Positions 1-11,093 of a DNA stretch of 64,000 nt are shown here, piece after piece. The stretch spans positions 18,206-82,205 of the forward strand of contig CBDBHB010000004.1 of NCBI GenBank assembly GCA_965205505.1. The letters run 5' to 3'. A program made the position numbers and the translations under genes. Positions within the stretch are counted from its first letter, which is position 1, and each line of letters begins with the position of its first letter. The notes below the pieces were generated by a model. It was not told where the DNA came from. It saw only the letters and a list, made by a program, of their open reading frames with translations, and made no database searches. The DNA is from Acidobacteriota bacterium (lineage in GTDB: Bacteria; Acidobacteriota; UBA890; WLXD01).

Positions 1-2
1 AG

Positions 3-1688
3 CGACTCTTCGACATCGCGTTTTGCGCTGGATTGAATCGTCCGATTTTCCACACCTTCGCCCACAATCCTCCCGCGGCCGGCACGCCGGGGTTCGCTTA
101 TCACGCGGGCGAGCACTTCAACGTCAACTCCACCTGGTGGGAACAGGCAGGGCCGCTGGTCGAGTACCTGTCGAGGTGCAGCCACCTACTCCGGCAAGGT
201 CAGTTCGTCGCTGACGTGTGTTTCTACTACGGTGACCAGGCCCCGAACCTCGTCCCCGCGCGTCGCATCGATTCGAAGGTCCCTCCGCCGCACGACGAGG
301 GCGAGTGTCAACACTGTGGCCGACCGATGCCGAACCGCATCGAGAGCCTTGGAGCCGGCTATGACTACGATTACGTGAATCGCGATATCGTAGTGCGCGA
401 CATGAAGGTGCGCGACGGGCGCTTGGTGCTGTCGAGCGGGATGGAGTATCGGCTGATCGCCCTCGCCGATCGTGACGACATCGCCCTGCCCGTGCTGCGC
501 AAGCTGGAACAGCTGGTGCGGGAAGGCGCGACGCTCGTCGGGCGACCTCCGCAGCGTGCGAACAGCTTGGAAGGCTATCCTCACTGCGACGAGGAGGTGC
601 GCCGACTCTCGCGTCTCCTGTGGGGAGAGGGCAACACCGAGGGTGCGCGCCGCCATGGGAAGGGCCAGGTGTTCGCCGATGTTGCCCTTCGCGACATCTT
701 GAGCGGGATGGGCCTACGGCCGGACTTCTCGGTCGAGGCCCCCGTTGAGTACGAGCTCGACTATATCCACCGCCGGACGAAGAGCGAGGAACTCTACTTC
801 GTGGTCAACAGCGCCGACGAGCCGGCGGAGGCGGAATGCTCGTTTCGGGTTGCAGAAGGCTCCAGGCCCTTCCTGTGGAACCCCGAGGACGGCAGCGTCA
901 CGCCGTGCCCCGTCTACCGCCTCGAGGCCGGTGCGGTTCGCGTGCCACTGAAGCTTCCGTAGGTCTCCTCGGTGTTCGTGGTCTTCAGGACTGGGGAAGG
1001 GGGCGATCACATGGTCGATCTCGGCCGCAGAGGTCACGTTTCGCCGAGTCTGGTCGATCGCGACCTCGAGGTACTGGCGGTCACGCCGACTCGTGCGCGA
1101 ATCCGTGTTCAGCAGGCTGGCACGTTCGAACTAGCAACGGCCAGGGGACGGTCCGCGACAGTCGAGATCCCCAATCCACTGGCCGACGTCGTGCCGGCTG
1201 GGCCCTGGATGCTGGAGTTTCCTGAAGGTCACGGCGCGCCTGCCTCCCTCGAGCTGGACGAGCTGAGGAGTTGGACCGAACTCGAACCCGAGGGCGCGCG
1301 CGCCTTCGCCGGAACCGCCCACTACACCACGACCATACAGGTGCCGGGCGCGTATCTGGACGGGAGCCACGCTCTCCAACTGGATCTCGGTGAGGTTGCC
1401 GAGGTCGCCGAAGTTTCGGTAAACGGCACGCCGATCGACATTATTTGGAACCCGCCCTTTCGCGCCGACGTGACCGGGCTGCTGAAGGCCGGAGCGAACC
1501 GCCTCGAAGTGAAGGTCACGAATCTCTGGCACAATCGCATCGTCGGTGACCTCCGGTCTCCCGAGGCAGGCGTCCACGCGCACACCAACCTGAAGCACAA
1601 GTTCAGCGCAAGTATGGAGCTGCTTCCATCAGGGCTGCTCGGGCCCGTCGTGCTGCGCTCGTCCGTCGAATTCGATATGCCGATCTGA
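3..1688 (+). pseudogene. Glycoside hydrolase family 106-like (alpha-L-rhamnosidase-like) protein, 5'-truncated by the window edge, with one in-frame TAG at 960-962
   Basis: The frame is open from position 3. ORFs 33-962 and 972-1688 are in the same frame (CCG TAG GTC TCC TCG GTG). Motifs match GH106 C-terminal regions: 'GYDYDYVN', 'YIHRR...YFVVN', 'LDLGEV.EVAEV.VNG', 'N.LEVKVTNLW.NR', 'LLPSGLLGPV'. Confidence 0.75.
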
Positions 1689-1700
1689 TGAGATAGTAGT

Positions 1701-1823
1701 TTAGCGCTCGATCCGCTGAACCCGATCACCAACGCGCACGCATCGCTCTTCCTGTTCTTCGCCGGTCGCCTCGAGGAGGCGATCGCCAAGGTCGAAAAGC
1801 CACTGGCCTCGCCGGTGTGGTAG
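1701..1823 (+). pseudogene. Orphan TPR-repeat gene fragment
   Basis: Translates to LALDPLNPITNAHASLFLFFAGRLEEAIAKVEK, a typical TPR unit, with no start codon. Confidence 0.5.
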
Positions 1824-1872
1824 GAAGAAAGGAGCGGTAACATTTTCACCACGGCCTGCTAGAGGAGGTAGG

Positions 1873-2316
1873 GTGACGAAAAGAGCAATCACCGTAGCGG
1901 TTGTAGCAGTTGTCGCACACAGTGCGTTGGCATTTGCGCAGAGCACGGAAGCGCTAGAGAAGAACAAGGCTCTGGCACATCGGTTCCACATGGAGGTCAT
2001 TCAGGGGAAGAATCTGGCATTGATCGATGAGATCTTCACGGCCGATCCCGTTATTTACTATGGGTCGCCAGATGTCACAGGGCGTGAGAAGGCAAGACAA
2101 ATCGCGCTGGTAGATCAAAGGGCCTTTCCGAAGAGCATGGATTTTAAACACGACAATGTTGTGGCGGAAGGAAACTTGGTTGCGTTCCATTGGATCTTGA
2201 TTGGGGTCGGGGAGTCTGGAGAGCAGGCGATTTACGAGGGAATCGACATAACGCGCATCGAAAACGGCAAGATTGCGGATTTGTGGATCGAGTTGCACGC
2301 TGTCGAAGGACAGTAG
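1873..2316 (+). CDS. SnoaL-like ester cyclase / NTF2-fold protein with signal peptide
   Basis: RBS GAGGAGG. Motifs 'EKNKALAHRF', 'VVAEGNLVA', 'GIDITRIENGKIADLW'. Confidence 0.75.
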   Translation: MTKRAITVAVVAVVAHSALAFAQSTEALEKNKALAHRFHMEVIQGKNLALIDEIFTADPVIYYGSPDVTGREKARQIALVDQRAFPKSMDFKHDNVVAEGNLVAFHWILIGVGESGEQAIYEGIDITRIENGKIADLWIELHAVEGQ

Positions 2317-2614
2317 CGGCCTCACCGTGGGAGGCGTCCGTCTCGACGACCGTGGGACCGACGCGGGCGCGTTCCAGCAGGCCGTTGTTGATCGCTCACG
2401 CCACGCTGCCACGGGTTGGGGGTGGCTGCGAAGGAATCATCACAACCTCGTGGATCTGCACGCCCACCATGCTATTTTAGACGGTGCGGAACCGTGCTGA
2501 ACCGTGAAGAGGGTCGTGCCTCCAGCCATGCGATCCATGAGTTAACGGATTGAGCTCGGTCATTCCGGGGATCAACCGGCCTGTGGCGGCGCCCGCGGTC
2601 CCCTGAGGACGGCG

Positions 2615-5074
2615 ATGAAGACATTCGCTGCAGGTGCGGCGCTCGTTACGATCTGGCTCGCCGCCGGAGGTCAGCCCGAAGAGAGCGGTGCGGCCGGGCC
2701 GGCCGCAGACCTGTTCGCCGTCGCCCATGCGATCACCGCAACGTCCCCGCCTGCGCCGGCGAAGCTGAACCCGATCATCCGACAGTACTGCGTCCGCTGC
2801 CACAACGACCAGATGCTGCGTGGCAACCTCTCGCTCGAGACGTTCGATGTCGCCGCAGCGCACGAGCGCGCTGCGACGGCCGAGAAGATGATCATCAAGC
2901 TCCGGGCCGGAATGATGCCGCCACCCGGCGAACGCCGGCCGGGCCCCGACACGCTCCGGACGCTCGCCGAGGCTCTCGAGAGCGTCGTCGACGAGGCCGC
3001 CGCGGTGGATCCGAATCCCGGGGCGCGCCGATTCCAGCGTCTCAATCGGGCAGAGTACGAGCGCGTGATTCGTGATCTCCTGGCGCTCGAGGTGGACGCC
3101 ACCCGGTGGCTCCCCGCCGATATCTACCTGGGCAACTTCGACAACATGTCGGACGCGCAAGGGCTTTCGACTACGCTGCTCGAAGCGTACCTGCGGGCCG
3201 CGGCGGATGTCAGTCGGTCGGCGGTCGGCAACCCGGCAGCGCTTTCCAGCAGTGCCAAGTACACCAACCTCATCGAGGTGTCGCAACACGCGTGGGACCA
3301 CATCGAGGGAGCACCTTTCGGGACACGTGGCGGGATGGTTGTTACGCACGAGTTCCCCGCCGATGGGGAGTACGTGTTCTCGATCGAGACCCAGTTCGGG
3401 AAAGGGATGGGAGTCGAAGACATCGACATCTCGATCGATGGCGAAGGTGTGGCTCTCCTGGCTCTGGCGCTGCCACGTGCGGAACGCCGGAGGCCCGGAG
3501 ACGCTGCCGATGTTCCGTTCCGCACCGAGCCTGTCTTCGTCCGCGCCGGCCAGCGCCGCGTCTCGGCGGCGTTCGTCCGCAAGATCGAGGGTCCGTACGA
3601 GGATCGTCTGAGCCCGCATGCGTCGTCGTCTGTCGGGGGTGAGGACTCCGAGGCCTGGGCCAATTATGGGCTCACCGTGTTGCCGCATCTCAAAGTATTG
3701 ATGATCACCGGGCCTCAGCGCCCGAGCGGCCTCTCGGAGACGGCCAGCCGCCAGAAGATCTTCAGCTGCCACCCGTCTACCCCCGACGAAGAACGTCCGT
3801 GCGCCGAAGCGATCGTCTCGCGCCTCGTCCTGGGGGCGTACCGCCGGCCGGCCACGGCGGAAGATCTCGCTGGCCCCATGTCCTTCTATGATCGCGCCGC
3901 CGCAGAGGCCGGGTTCGAGATCGGAGTCCGAACCGCGCTTCAGGCAATCCTGGCGAGTCCGTTGTTCATCTACCGCCTCGAGCGCGAACCCTCCGGCCTG
4001 CGGCCGGGGGAGAGCTACCGTTTGGGCGACCTCGATCTCGCCTCCCGTCTCTCGTTCTTTCTGTGGGCCACCGGCCCGGATCACGAATTGCTCGAGCTGG
4101 CGGCAAAAGGCCAGCTTTCCGAGCCGGGAATCTTGGAACAGCAGGTCGAACGGATGCTGCAGGATCCGCGCTCAGAGGCGCTCGCGACGCGTTTCGCGTC
4201 GCAGTGGCTGCGCCTACAGGACACCGCCGACAACGAGCCCGAGCCCTTTCTATATCCTGATTTCACCGGCCAGCTACGCGACGACCTGGTGCGCGAGACT
4301 CAGCGGTTCTTCGATTACCTAGTCCGCGAGGATCGTAGCCTTCTCGAGCTGCTCACGGCGGACTACACGTTCTTAAACGAGCGCCTGGCGCGTCACTACG
4401 GAATTCCGGGCGTGACGGGTTCCCACTTCCGTCGGGTCAGCTATCCCGACGATATGCGCCGCGGCGTCCTCGGTCACGGAAGCGTCCTGTTGCTGACCTC
4501 GATGTCGGCTCGAACGTCGCCGGTACTCCGCGGCAAGTGGGTGATGGAAGTGCTCATGGGCACGCCGCCACCCCCGCCGCCGCCCGACATTCCGGCGTTC
4601 GAGGAGACCGAGAGCGCCGCGGCGGGCCGCCGCCTGACGACGCGCGAGCGGCTGGAGATTCACCGTGCCAACCCGACCTGCCACTCCTGCCACCGGTTCA
4701 TGGATCCGATCGGCCTGGCGCTGGACAGCTACGACGTGACCGGACGCCTGCGAATTCGCGAGAACGGCGCGCCGCTCGACACGCGAGGCACGTACTACGA
4801 CGGTACGGATGTGAGCACGCCGAGCGAGCTCACAGACCTGCTCATGAAGCGTCCGATCCCGCTGGTGCGGAACTTCGCTGCGAACCTACTCGCGTACGCC
4901 ATGGGTCGACGCGTCGAGTATTACGACCAACCCGAGATCCGGGCCCTTGTTCGTGAAGCAGAGGCGAACGACTATCGGATGTCCTCGTTCATTCTGGGAA
5001 TTGTGAAGAGCGTTCCGTTCCGCATGATGCGATCTGGCGCGATCGCTGACCAACAGGCCGAGCCGGAGAACTAG
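2615..5074 (+). CDS. DUF1592/DUF1588/DUF1587/DUF1595/DUF1585 multidomain protein with c-type heme motifs
   Basis: CVRCH and CHSCH (CxxCH) motifs, plus 'RLNRAEY', 'LASRLSFFLW', 'RTSPVLRGKW', 'PPPPPP'. Confidence 0.85.
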   Translation: MKTFAAGAALVTIWLAAGGQPEESGAAGPAADLFAVAHAITATSPPAPAKLNPIIRQYCVRCHNDQMLRGNLSLETFDVAAAHERAATAEKMIIKLRAGMMPPPGERRPGPDTLRTLAEALESVVDEAAAVDPNPGARRFQRLNRAEYERVIRDLLALEVDATRWLPADIYLGNFDNMSDAQGLSTTLLEAYLRAAADVSRSAVGNPAALSSSAKYTNLIEVSQHAWDHIEGAPFGTRGGMVVTHEFPADGEYVFSIETQFGKGMGVEDIDISIDGEGVALLALALPRAERRRPGDAADVPFRTEPVFVRAGQRRVSAAFVRKIEGPYEDRLSPHASSSVGGEDSEAWANYGLTVLPHLKVLMITGPQRPSGLSETASRQKIFSCHPSTPDEERPCAEAIVSRLVLGAYRRPATAEDLAGPMSFYDRAAAEAGFEIGVRTALQAILASPLFIYRLEREPSGLRPGESYRLGDLDLASRLSFFLWATGPDHELLELAAKGQLSEPGILEQQVERMLQDPRSEALATRFASQWLRLQDTADNEPEPFLYPDFTGQLRDDLVRETQRFFDYLVREDRSLLELLTADYTFLNERLARHYGIPGVTGSHFRRVSYPDDMRRGVLGHGSVLLLTSMSARTSPVLRGKWVMEVLMGTPPPPPPPDIPAFEETESAAAGRRLTTRERLEIHRANPTCHSCHRFMDPIGLALDSYDVTGRLRIRENGAPLDTRGTYYDGTDVSTPSELTDLLMKRPIPLVRNFAANLLAYAMGRRVEYYDQPEIRALVREAEANDYRMSSFILGIVKSVPFRMMRSGAIADQQAEPEN

Positions 5075-5077
5075 ATC

Positions 5078-6502
5078 ATGGAATTCATCACTGGAAAACA
5101 CCTCTCTCGCCGCTCGTTCATCCGCGGCACGGGTGTAGGCGTGGCGTTGCCGTTCCTGGATGCGATGGTGCCCGCGGGGCGGCTCTGGCGAGGCAGTAAG
5201 GTCGAGCCAGGCTTTACGCGGCTGGTGTGCATCGAGGAGTCTATGGGCGCCGCCGGTTGTAGCGACTGGGGCGCCGCCCGCCACCTCTTCGCTCCGGCGA
5301 AGATCGGCCGCGACTTCGACTTCGCTACGGGCAGCCAGCTGGCGCCGCTCGCCGACTTCCGCGAGCACATGACGATCGTGAGCAATACGGACTGTCGGTC
5401 GGCAGAAGCGTGGCGTGCGGAGGAGATCGGCGGCGACCACGACCGATCGACGGCCGTGTTCCTGACCCAGGCGCACCCCAAGCAGACGCAGGGCTCGGAC
5501 GTCTTCCTCGGAACATCGCTCGATCAGCTTCACGCGCAGCGTTTCGGGCGCGACACCGTGCTGCCTTCGCTCGAGCTATGCATCGAGGACACTGACCGCG
5601 GCGGTGGCTGCAATTACAACTACCACTGCGCATACACGAACTCGCTGTCCTGGGCGTCTCCCGACCAACCGCTCCCGGCGATCCGAGAGCCTCGGGTAGT
5701 GTTCGAGCGGCTGTTCGGTGCCGGCGACACGCCGGAAGACCGTGCGGCCCGACGTCGCACGGACCGGAGCCTGATCGACTGGATCGCGACCGAGGTGACG
5801 CGCCTCAAGCGGAGCCTGGGAGCCGTGGATCGTCGGGCGCTCGACCAGCACGTGGAGTACATCCGAGAGATCGAGCGGCGGATCCAGCTTGTCGAGGCAC
5901 GCAACAGCAGTGGCGTGGAGCGCGAGATGCCCGAGGCGCCTTCAGGTGTTCCGGACTCGTTCGATGAGCACATGCAGCTGATGTTCGATCTGCAGGTGCT
6001 GGCGCTACAGAGCGATCTCACGCGTGTCATCACGTTCAAGACGGGAGTCGATCTGTCAAACCGCGTCTTCCCGCAGAGCGGGGTCACGAAGTCGATTCAC
6101 GGGACCTCGCACCACGGCAATGTCTCCGCGGAGATCATGGACTTCCACACGATCAACACCTACCGCCTCGGCCAGCTCGAGTACTTTCTCCGCAAGCTGC
6201 GGGACACGTCGGACGGCGATGCTTCGCTGCTCGACAAGACGGCGATTATCTGGGGATCTCCGATGGCCGACCCCAATCTTCACAACCACCGTAGGGCGCC
6301 GCTTCTGCTAATGGGAGGCGCCAACGGGGCCCTCGAAGGCGGCCTGCACGTACGCGCCGGCGACGGCACGCCCATGGCGAACGCACTCCTGAGTGTGATG
6401 CAGAAGATCGGGCATGAGGAGATGGAGACGTTCGGCGACAGCACCGGCACGCTCTCGCTGGACTACTCGCCCGGGGCTTCGACCGGAGGTGACGCCCGAT
6501 GA
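5078..6502 (+). CDS. DUF1552 (HXXSHH) protein with Tat-like N-terminus
   Basis: 'LSRRSFIRG...ALPFLDAM' and 'HGTSHH'. Lies directly after the DUF1592 gene, its usual partner. Confidence 0.85.
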   Translation: MEFITGKHLSRRSFIRGTGVGVALPFLDAMVPAGRLWRGSKVEPGFTRLVCIEESMGAAGCSDWGAARHLFAPAKIGRDFDFATGSQLAPLADFREHMTIVSNTDCRSAEAWRAEEIGGDHDRSTAVFLTQAHPKQTQGSDVFLGTSLDQLHAQRFGRDTVLPSLELCIEDTDRGGGCNYNYHCAYTNSLSWASPDQPLPAIREPRVVFERLFGAGDTPEDRAARRRTDRSLIDWIATEVTRLKRSLGAVDRRALDQHVEYIREIERRIQLVEARNSSGVEREMPEAPSGVPDSFDEHMQLMFDLQVLALQSDLTRVITFKTGVDLSNRVFPQSGVTKSIHGTSHHGNVSAEIMDFHTINTYRLGQLEYFLRKLRDTSDGDASLLDKTAIIWGSPMADPNLHNHRRAPLLLMGGANGALEGGLHVRAGDGTPMANALLSVMQKIGHEEMETFGDSTGTLSLDYSPGASTGGDAR

Positions 6503-8466
6503 GAGCACGCTCGCTCGTGGCCGTGAGGCCAGTCCTCTTGCCCGCCTTGATCGCGTTCCTATGCGCCGCCGCCTTCTCGCCTGCGATCCCCATCATCGAT
6601 GCGGCGCGCCGGGGAGACGCCGATGCCGTTGGCGCGCTCTTGGAGAGCGGTGCCGACGTGAACGCCGCGCAGGGCGACGGCATGACCGCATTGCACTGGG
6701 CGGCAGAGCGCGGCCAGGCGATCGTTGCCGAGCAGCTGATCTCGGCGTCCGCCGACGTGAGCGCCAGGACACGCATCGGTAGCTACACGCCGCTGCATCT
6801 GGCGGCGCGCAGTGGGCATGGTTCGATAGTCCACCTGTTGCTCGAGGCTGGTAGCGACCCCGGAGCGGCCACTACGAACAGCGGCGTCACCCCCCTGCAC
6901 CTCGCCGCTGCAGCGAGCGGTGGCGCCGACGCCGTCGCCGCGCTCCTGGCTCACGGTGCCGACCCCAATGCCCTGGAATGGTCGGCCGGCCAGAGCCCGT
7001 TGATGTTTGCGGCCGGATCCAATCGTGCCGAGGCCGTGCGGGTGCTCCTCGAGGGCGGTGCAGATCAGGCGATCAGCACGGAGGTCGTCGACGTCCTGCG
7101 GCGCCTAGCAATGGACCGCGAGGCAACACGGCGTTTTCAGGAGATGCTCGATGAGCCGGGGGCCGCCACGGACGGTATCGCGCCGGCGGCTGACCTGGCC
7201 ACTGCGTCCGGGGAGCCGAGCCCCGCCCAGGTGCGCGCTGCCGTCGGCGTCCAGCGGGAGTTCCTGCGGTCGAAACACGATGTCGGGGAGGTCGACCCGT
7301 ACTCCCTGGCGAGGATGCGTTCCGACTATCCTGGCGGCCCGGAAATTGCGCGGCCTCCTTGGCGGGAGACCCTGGTGAGGGTGACCGGAGGCATGACGGC
7401 GCTGCTGCACGCGGTCCGGGAAGGTCACATCGACGCCGCCGTCGCGCTGCTGGACGGCGGTGCGGACGTGAACCAGCCAAGCGGGGGAGATCAAACCAGC
7501 CCGCTGCTGATGGCGACGCTCAACGGTCAGTTCGACCTGGCGCTAATTCTCCTCGAGGCGGGCGCCGACCCTGACCTGGCCGCTTCCACCGACGGAGCCA
7601 CGCCCCTGTTCGCCGTCCTGCAAACACAGTGGGCCCCGAGATCGATCTATCCGCAGCCCCGGGCGCAGGATCAACAGCGGGCCGGGTACCGAGAAGTGCT
7701 GGACGCCCTGCTCGAAGCCGACGCTGATCCGAACGTCCGGCTGACGACCCACCTGTGGTATTGGGAGTACGGGGTCATGAAGATGGGGCTCGATCTGACC
7801 GGCGCGACGCCCTTCTGGCGCGCCGCGTTCGCCCAGGATCTCGAGGCCATGAAGCTGCTGGTGGCGCATGGCGCAGATCCAAACATCCCGACTCGCTGGC
7901 CGGCGATCGGGATGCGCGAGAGACGGCAGCAGGACGGGCGATTGCAGGAGGACTCAGGCCTCCCGCAGATTCCTGAGGGGGCGCCGAACGCCTATCCGAT
8001 CCATGCAGCCGCGGGCGGTGGATATCTCGGGCTCGGTGCCTTCAGCCTACAGAGCGTGCCGGACCAGTTTCTCCCGGCAGTGAAGTACCTGGTTGAAGAG
8101 CATGGTGCCGACGTGAACCTCCCCGACTCCTGGCTCTACACGCCGATGCACTACGCCGCATCGCGCGGCGACAACGAGCTTATCGAGTACCTCGTGGCGC
8201 AGGGCAGCGACGTGACCGTACTCACACGATTGGGACAGTCGGCCGCCGACATGGCGCGTGGCGGTCAGGCAGGCTTCTTCAAGCGCGCTGCGTACCCCGA
8301 GACGGTCGAATTACTCACCAGCCTCGGCTCGACCCTCGAGTGCCTCAACACGCATTTCCTCGGCACCGGAGACGTCTGCGAAGCCGCTGGCGTCAACGAT
8401 CCGTGGGCGCCGACTGCGGAAGGTGACGAGTCTGCGCCATCGGGGAACCCAAAGACACCGCGTTAG
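6499..8466 (+). CDS. Secreted ankyrin-repeat protein
   Basis: Repeated 'G.T(A/P)LH.AA..G' and 'GADVN' motifs. ATGA overlap with the DUF1552 gene. Confidence 0.9.
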   Translation: MRARSLVAVRPVLLPALIAFLCAAAFSPAIPIIDAARRGDADAVGALLESGADVNAAQGDGMTALHWAAERGQAIVAEQLISASADVSARTRIGSYTPLHLAARSGHGSIVHLLLEAGSDPGAATTNSGVTPLHLAAAASGGADAVAALLAHGADPNALEWSAGQSPLMFAAGSNRAEAVRVLLEGGADQAISTEVVDVLRRLAMDREATRRFQEMLDEPGAATDGIAPAADLATASGEPSPAQVRAAVGVQREFLRSKHDVGEVDPYSLARMRSDYPGGPEIARPPWRETLVRVTGGMTALLHAVREGHIDAAVALLDGGADVNQPSGGDQTSPLLMATLNGQFDLALILLEAGADPDLAASTDGATPLFAVLQTQWAPRSIYPQPRAQDQQRAGYREVLDALLEADADPNVRLTTHLWYWEYGVMKMGLDLTGATPFWRAAFAQDLEAMKLLVAHGADPNIPTRWPAIGMRERRQQDGRLQEDSGLPQIPEGAPNAYPIHAAAGGGYLGLGAFSLQSVPDQFLPAVKYLVEEHGADVNLPDSWLYTPMHYAASRGDNELIEYLVAQGSDVTVLTRLGQSAADMARGGQAGFFKRAAYPETVELLTSLGSTLECLNTHFLGTGDVCEAAGVNDPWAPTAEGDESAPSGNPKTPR

Positions 8467-8520
8467 CGCGGACAGCTGCGACGGCACACGGCTACCCCGC
8501 TAGCCACTCAGGGAGAGGCC

Positions 8521-9675
8521 ATGAGGACTCGTTGCGCTCTGCTCGTCGTCGTGTGTGTCTTCGTGGCGGTCTTGCCCGCCTGCGTGGACGAAGACCCGGC
8601 TCCACCGCTTGCGGATTCGAGCGAATCGATTACCAAGGGCGGCGACGACAGGACGGGGCATTACGACGTCGCGGAAGGTTGGTGGAAGGCTGCACCTGAC
8701 CACGACGACGAGTGGTCGTGGGGGCAAGTGGCGGGCGTTGCGGTGGACCACCCCGACCGGATCATCGTGGTGACGCGCGGCGACTGGCCGGCGGACCGAG
8801 CGCAGCCCAGGGAGGGGCGGCTGCGCCGCACCAACTTCATCGTCGTCGCCGATGGAAACGGAAACATCGTCGAGCAGTGGAGCCAGTGGGACTCGATCTT
8901 GACCCTGCCGCATCAGGTCTACATCAGCCCCTACGATCCGGAGCGACACGTCTGGGTCATCGACAGCGGGGGCACTGACGGCCACCACCAGGTCTTGAAG
9001 TTCAGCAACGATGGCAGCGAGCTGGTGATGCAGCTCGGCGAGCGCGACCATCCGAAGACCCGCGAGGCGGCGCGCGCACGGTTCGACTGGGGTCCGCATA
9101 CCTATGGCTGGCCGTCGAAGCTGGCGTTCCTCCCCGACGGCAGCTTCCTGCTCGCCGACGGGTACTGGAACTCACGTATCCTCAAGTACACGGAGGATGG
9201 CGAGTTGGTGGTGCAGTGGGGAGCGCTGGGAGACGGCCCAGGCGAATTCGATCTGCTCCACGGTCTCGCCGTCGATGAGGATCGCGTCTATGTCGGCGAC
9301 CGGCAGAATCAGCGCATCCAGGTCTTCACCCACGAGGGCGAGTTCATCGAGGAATGGCCGAACATCTTCGATCCGGTCAACATCTGGGTCGACGAGAGCC
9401 ATGCGGTCTGGGTGATCGACGCGAGCTTGAACCGGGTTCTCAAGTACAGCCGCGAAGGTGAGCTCCAGTACCACTGGGGGACCTATGGCCAGGCAGCTGC
9501 GCTGGGGCGGGCGACCTGGCCGGGCGGCCTGTCACGTCTGCATCAGCTCGATTTGGATGCGGACGGCAACCTTTACATTGCCTCCTACACCGGCGGCTGG
9601 GTGAACAAGTTCATCCCGAAGCCGGATGCCGATCCGAGCAAGCTCCTGGGCAGGCGGCTGCTGCTCTTGAACTAG
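8521..9675 (+). CDS. NHL-repeat beta-propeller lipoprotein (peptidyl-alpha-hydroxyglycine lyase-like)
   Basis: Lipobox-like LPAC. Motifs 'ADGYWNSRI.KY', 'GPGEFDLLHGLAVD...YVGDRQNQRIQVF'. Confidence 0.8.
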   Translation: MRTRCALLVVVCVFVAVLPACVDEDPAPPLADSSESITKGGDDRTGHYDVAEGWWKAAPDHDDEWSWGQVAGVAVDHPDRIIVVTRGDWPADRAQPREGRLRRTNFIVVADGNGNIVEQWSQWDSILTLPHQVYISPYDPERHVWVIDSGGTDGHHQVLKFSNDGSELVMQLGERDHPKTREAARARFDWGPHTYGWPSKLAFLPDGSFLLADGYWNSRILKYTEDGELVVQWGALGDGPGEFDLLHGLAVDEDRVYVGDRQNQRIQVFTHEGEFIEEWPNIFDPVNIWVDESHAVWVIDASLNRVLKYSREGELQYHWGTYGQAAALGRATWPGGLSRLHQLDLDADGNLYIASYTGGWVNKFIPKPDADPSKLLGRRLLLLN

Positions 9676-9733
9676 GGGCGTTGCTTCAATCCTGTCGCCG
9701 AGGTTGAGGGCAACCCATGTGTGGGCGGGAGCG

Positions 9734-9760
9734 TGACCTCCCCCCCGAACGGATCCAGAT
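9734..9760 (+). mobile_element. Orphan IS3-type left inverted repeat (stump of a related IS)
   Basis: TGACCTCCCCCCCGAACGGATCCAGA resembles the IRL TGACCTGACCCCCCAAAACGGATCCAGA at 9834. Confidence 0.6.
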
Positions 9761-9899
9761 CGGCGAGTTCCCCTGCAATAGTGGCGATCCGTCCGCCCGG
9801 CGCGTTCTGACACTTTCCTTACAACTTCCGAACTGACCTGACCCCCCAAAACGGATCCAGAGGTAATCTCACGATCTGGGTCGAAAAGGGGAGGTCAGA

Positions 9900-10178
9900 A
9901 TGCCGACGAAGAGGCACAGCGCCGAGCAGATCGTACGCAAGCTCCGGGAGGCTGAAGTGGAGCAGGCGCAAGGCGGGACGGTCAAGGATGCCTGCCGCAA
10001 GCTAGCGATCACCGAGCACACCTACTATCGGTGGCGGCGGGAGTACGGGGGGCTGAAGGTCAACCAGGCCAGAAGGCTCAAGCAGCTGGAGAAAGAAAAC
10101 GCCCGGCTCAAGAAACTGGTGGCGGAGAAAGAGCTCGACCTGTCGATCCTGAAGGAAGTCGCGGAGGGAAACTTCTGA
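9900..10178 (+). CDS. IS3 transposase OrfA (HTH)
   Basis: '[14 protein letters not shown]...[20 protein letters not shown]'. Confidence 0.9.
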   Translation: MPTKRHSAEQIVRKLREAEVEQAQGGTVKDACRKLAITEHTYYRWRREYGGLKVNQARRLKQLEKENARLKKLVAEKELDLSILKEVAEGNF

Positions 10179-11059
10179 GCCCAGCTCGACGGCGCGAGGC
10201 GGTGGCGCATGTACAGGGGCGGCTGGGCGTCTCCGAGAGGCGGGCGTGCCGGGTACTGAAACAACCACGCACGACACACAGGTACATGCCAAGAGAACCG
10301 GGCGATGAGCAGATGTTGACGGAGCGGATCGTGGATCTAGCCCGACAATACGGGCGCTACGGGTATCGGCGAGTGACGGCGTTGTTGCGTATGGAGGGCT
10401 GGTGGGTGAACCACAAACGAGTGCAGCGTATCTGGAGGCGTGAGGGGCTGAAAGTACCGACAAAGCAGCCCAAACGAGCCCGGCTGTGGCTCAGCGATGG
10501 CTCGTGCATCCGGCTGCGACCACAGCGCAAAGATCACGTCTGGGCGTATGACTTCGTTCATCACCGGACGCACGAGGGTCGGGCTATGAGGCTGCTGACG
10601 ATCGTCGATGAGTACACACGAGAAAGCCTGGCGATCGACGTGGCACGGAAGCTCAACTGTGAGGACGTGCTCGAGCGGCTCGGGTGGTTGTTCGTGCACC
10701 GGGGCATACCTGAGCACATCCGGTCCGATAACGGACCGGAGTTCACCGCCGAGGCGGTTCGCGACTGGCTCGGTAGGCTCGGTGTGGGCACGCTGTTCAT
10801 CGAGCCGGGCTCGCCGTGGGAGAACGGCTACGTGGAGAGCTTCAACGGCAAGCTCCGAGACGAGCTGCTCAACGGCGAGATCTTCTACACGCTCAAGGAG
10901 GCAAAGGTTCTGATCGAGAGATGGAGGCAGCAGTACAACCGCATGCGACCGCACAGCTCGTTGGGCTACCGACCACCGGCCCCGGAGGCGCTGTTGTTGA
11001 AGCCGGCTACGCTCCGCTTCGCCGGCCTCAACAACCCCTTGTCAGCACCGAGTTACTGA
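10166..11059 (+). CDS. IS3 transposase OrfB (DDE), expressed by -1 frameshift
   Basis: 'WAYDF', 'IRSDNGPEF', '[20 protein letters not shown]'. Confidence 0.9.
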   Translation, partial: GKLLSPARRREAVAHVQGRLGVSERRACRVLKQPRTTHRYMPREPGDEQMLTERIVDLARQYGRYGYRRVTALLRMEGWWVNHKRVQRIWRREGLKVPTKQPKRARLWLSDGSCIRLRPQRKDHVWAYDFVHHRTHEGRAMRLLTIVDEYTRESLAIDVARKLNCEDVLERLGWLFVHRGIPEHIRSDNGPEFTAEAVRDWLGRLGVGTLFIEPGSPWENGYVESFNGKLRDELLNGEIFYTLKEAKVLIERWRQQYNRMRPHSSLGYRPPAPEALLLKPATLRFAGLNNPLSAPSY

Positions 11060-11093
11060 GATAAGACGTGGTACTAACCGTGGGGTCAGGTCA

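Larger units (their letters stand above)
9834..11093 (+). mobile_element. IS3-family element (IS407-like), apparently intact
   Basis: TG...CA ends with imperfect IRs (TGACCTGACCCC...GGGGTCAGGTCA), orfA/orfB, and a G GGA AAC -1 slippery site at 10166-10172. No exact target duplication (GAAC vs GCAC). Confidence 0.92.
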
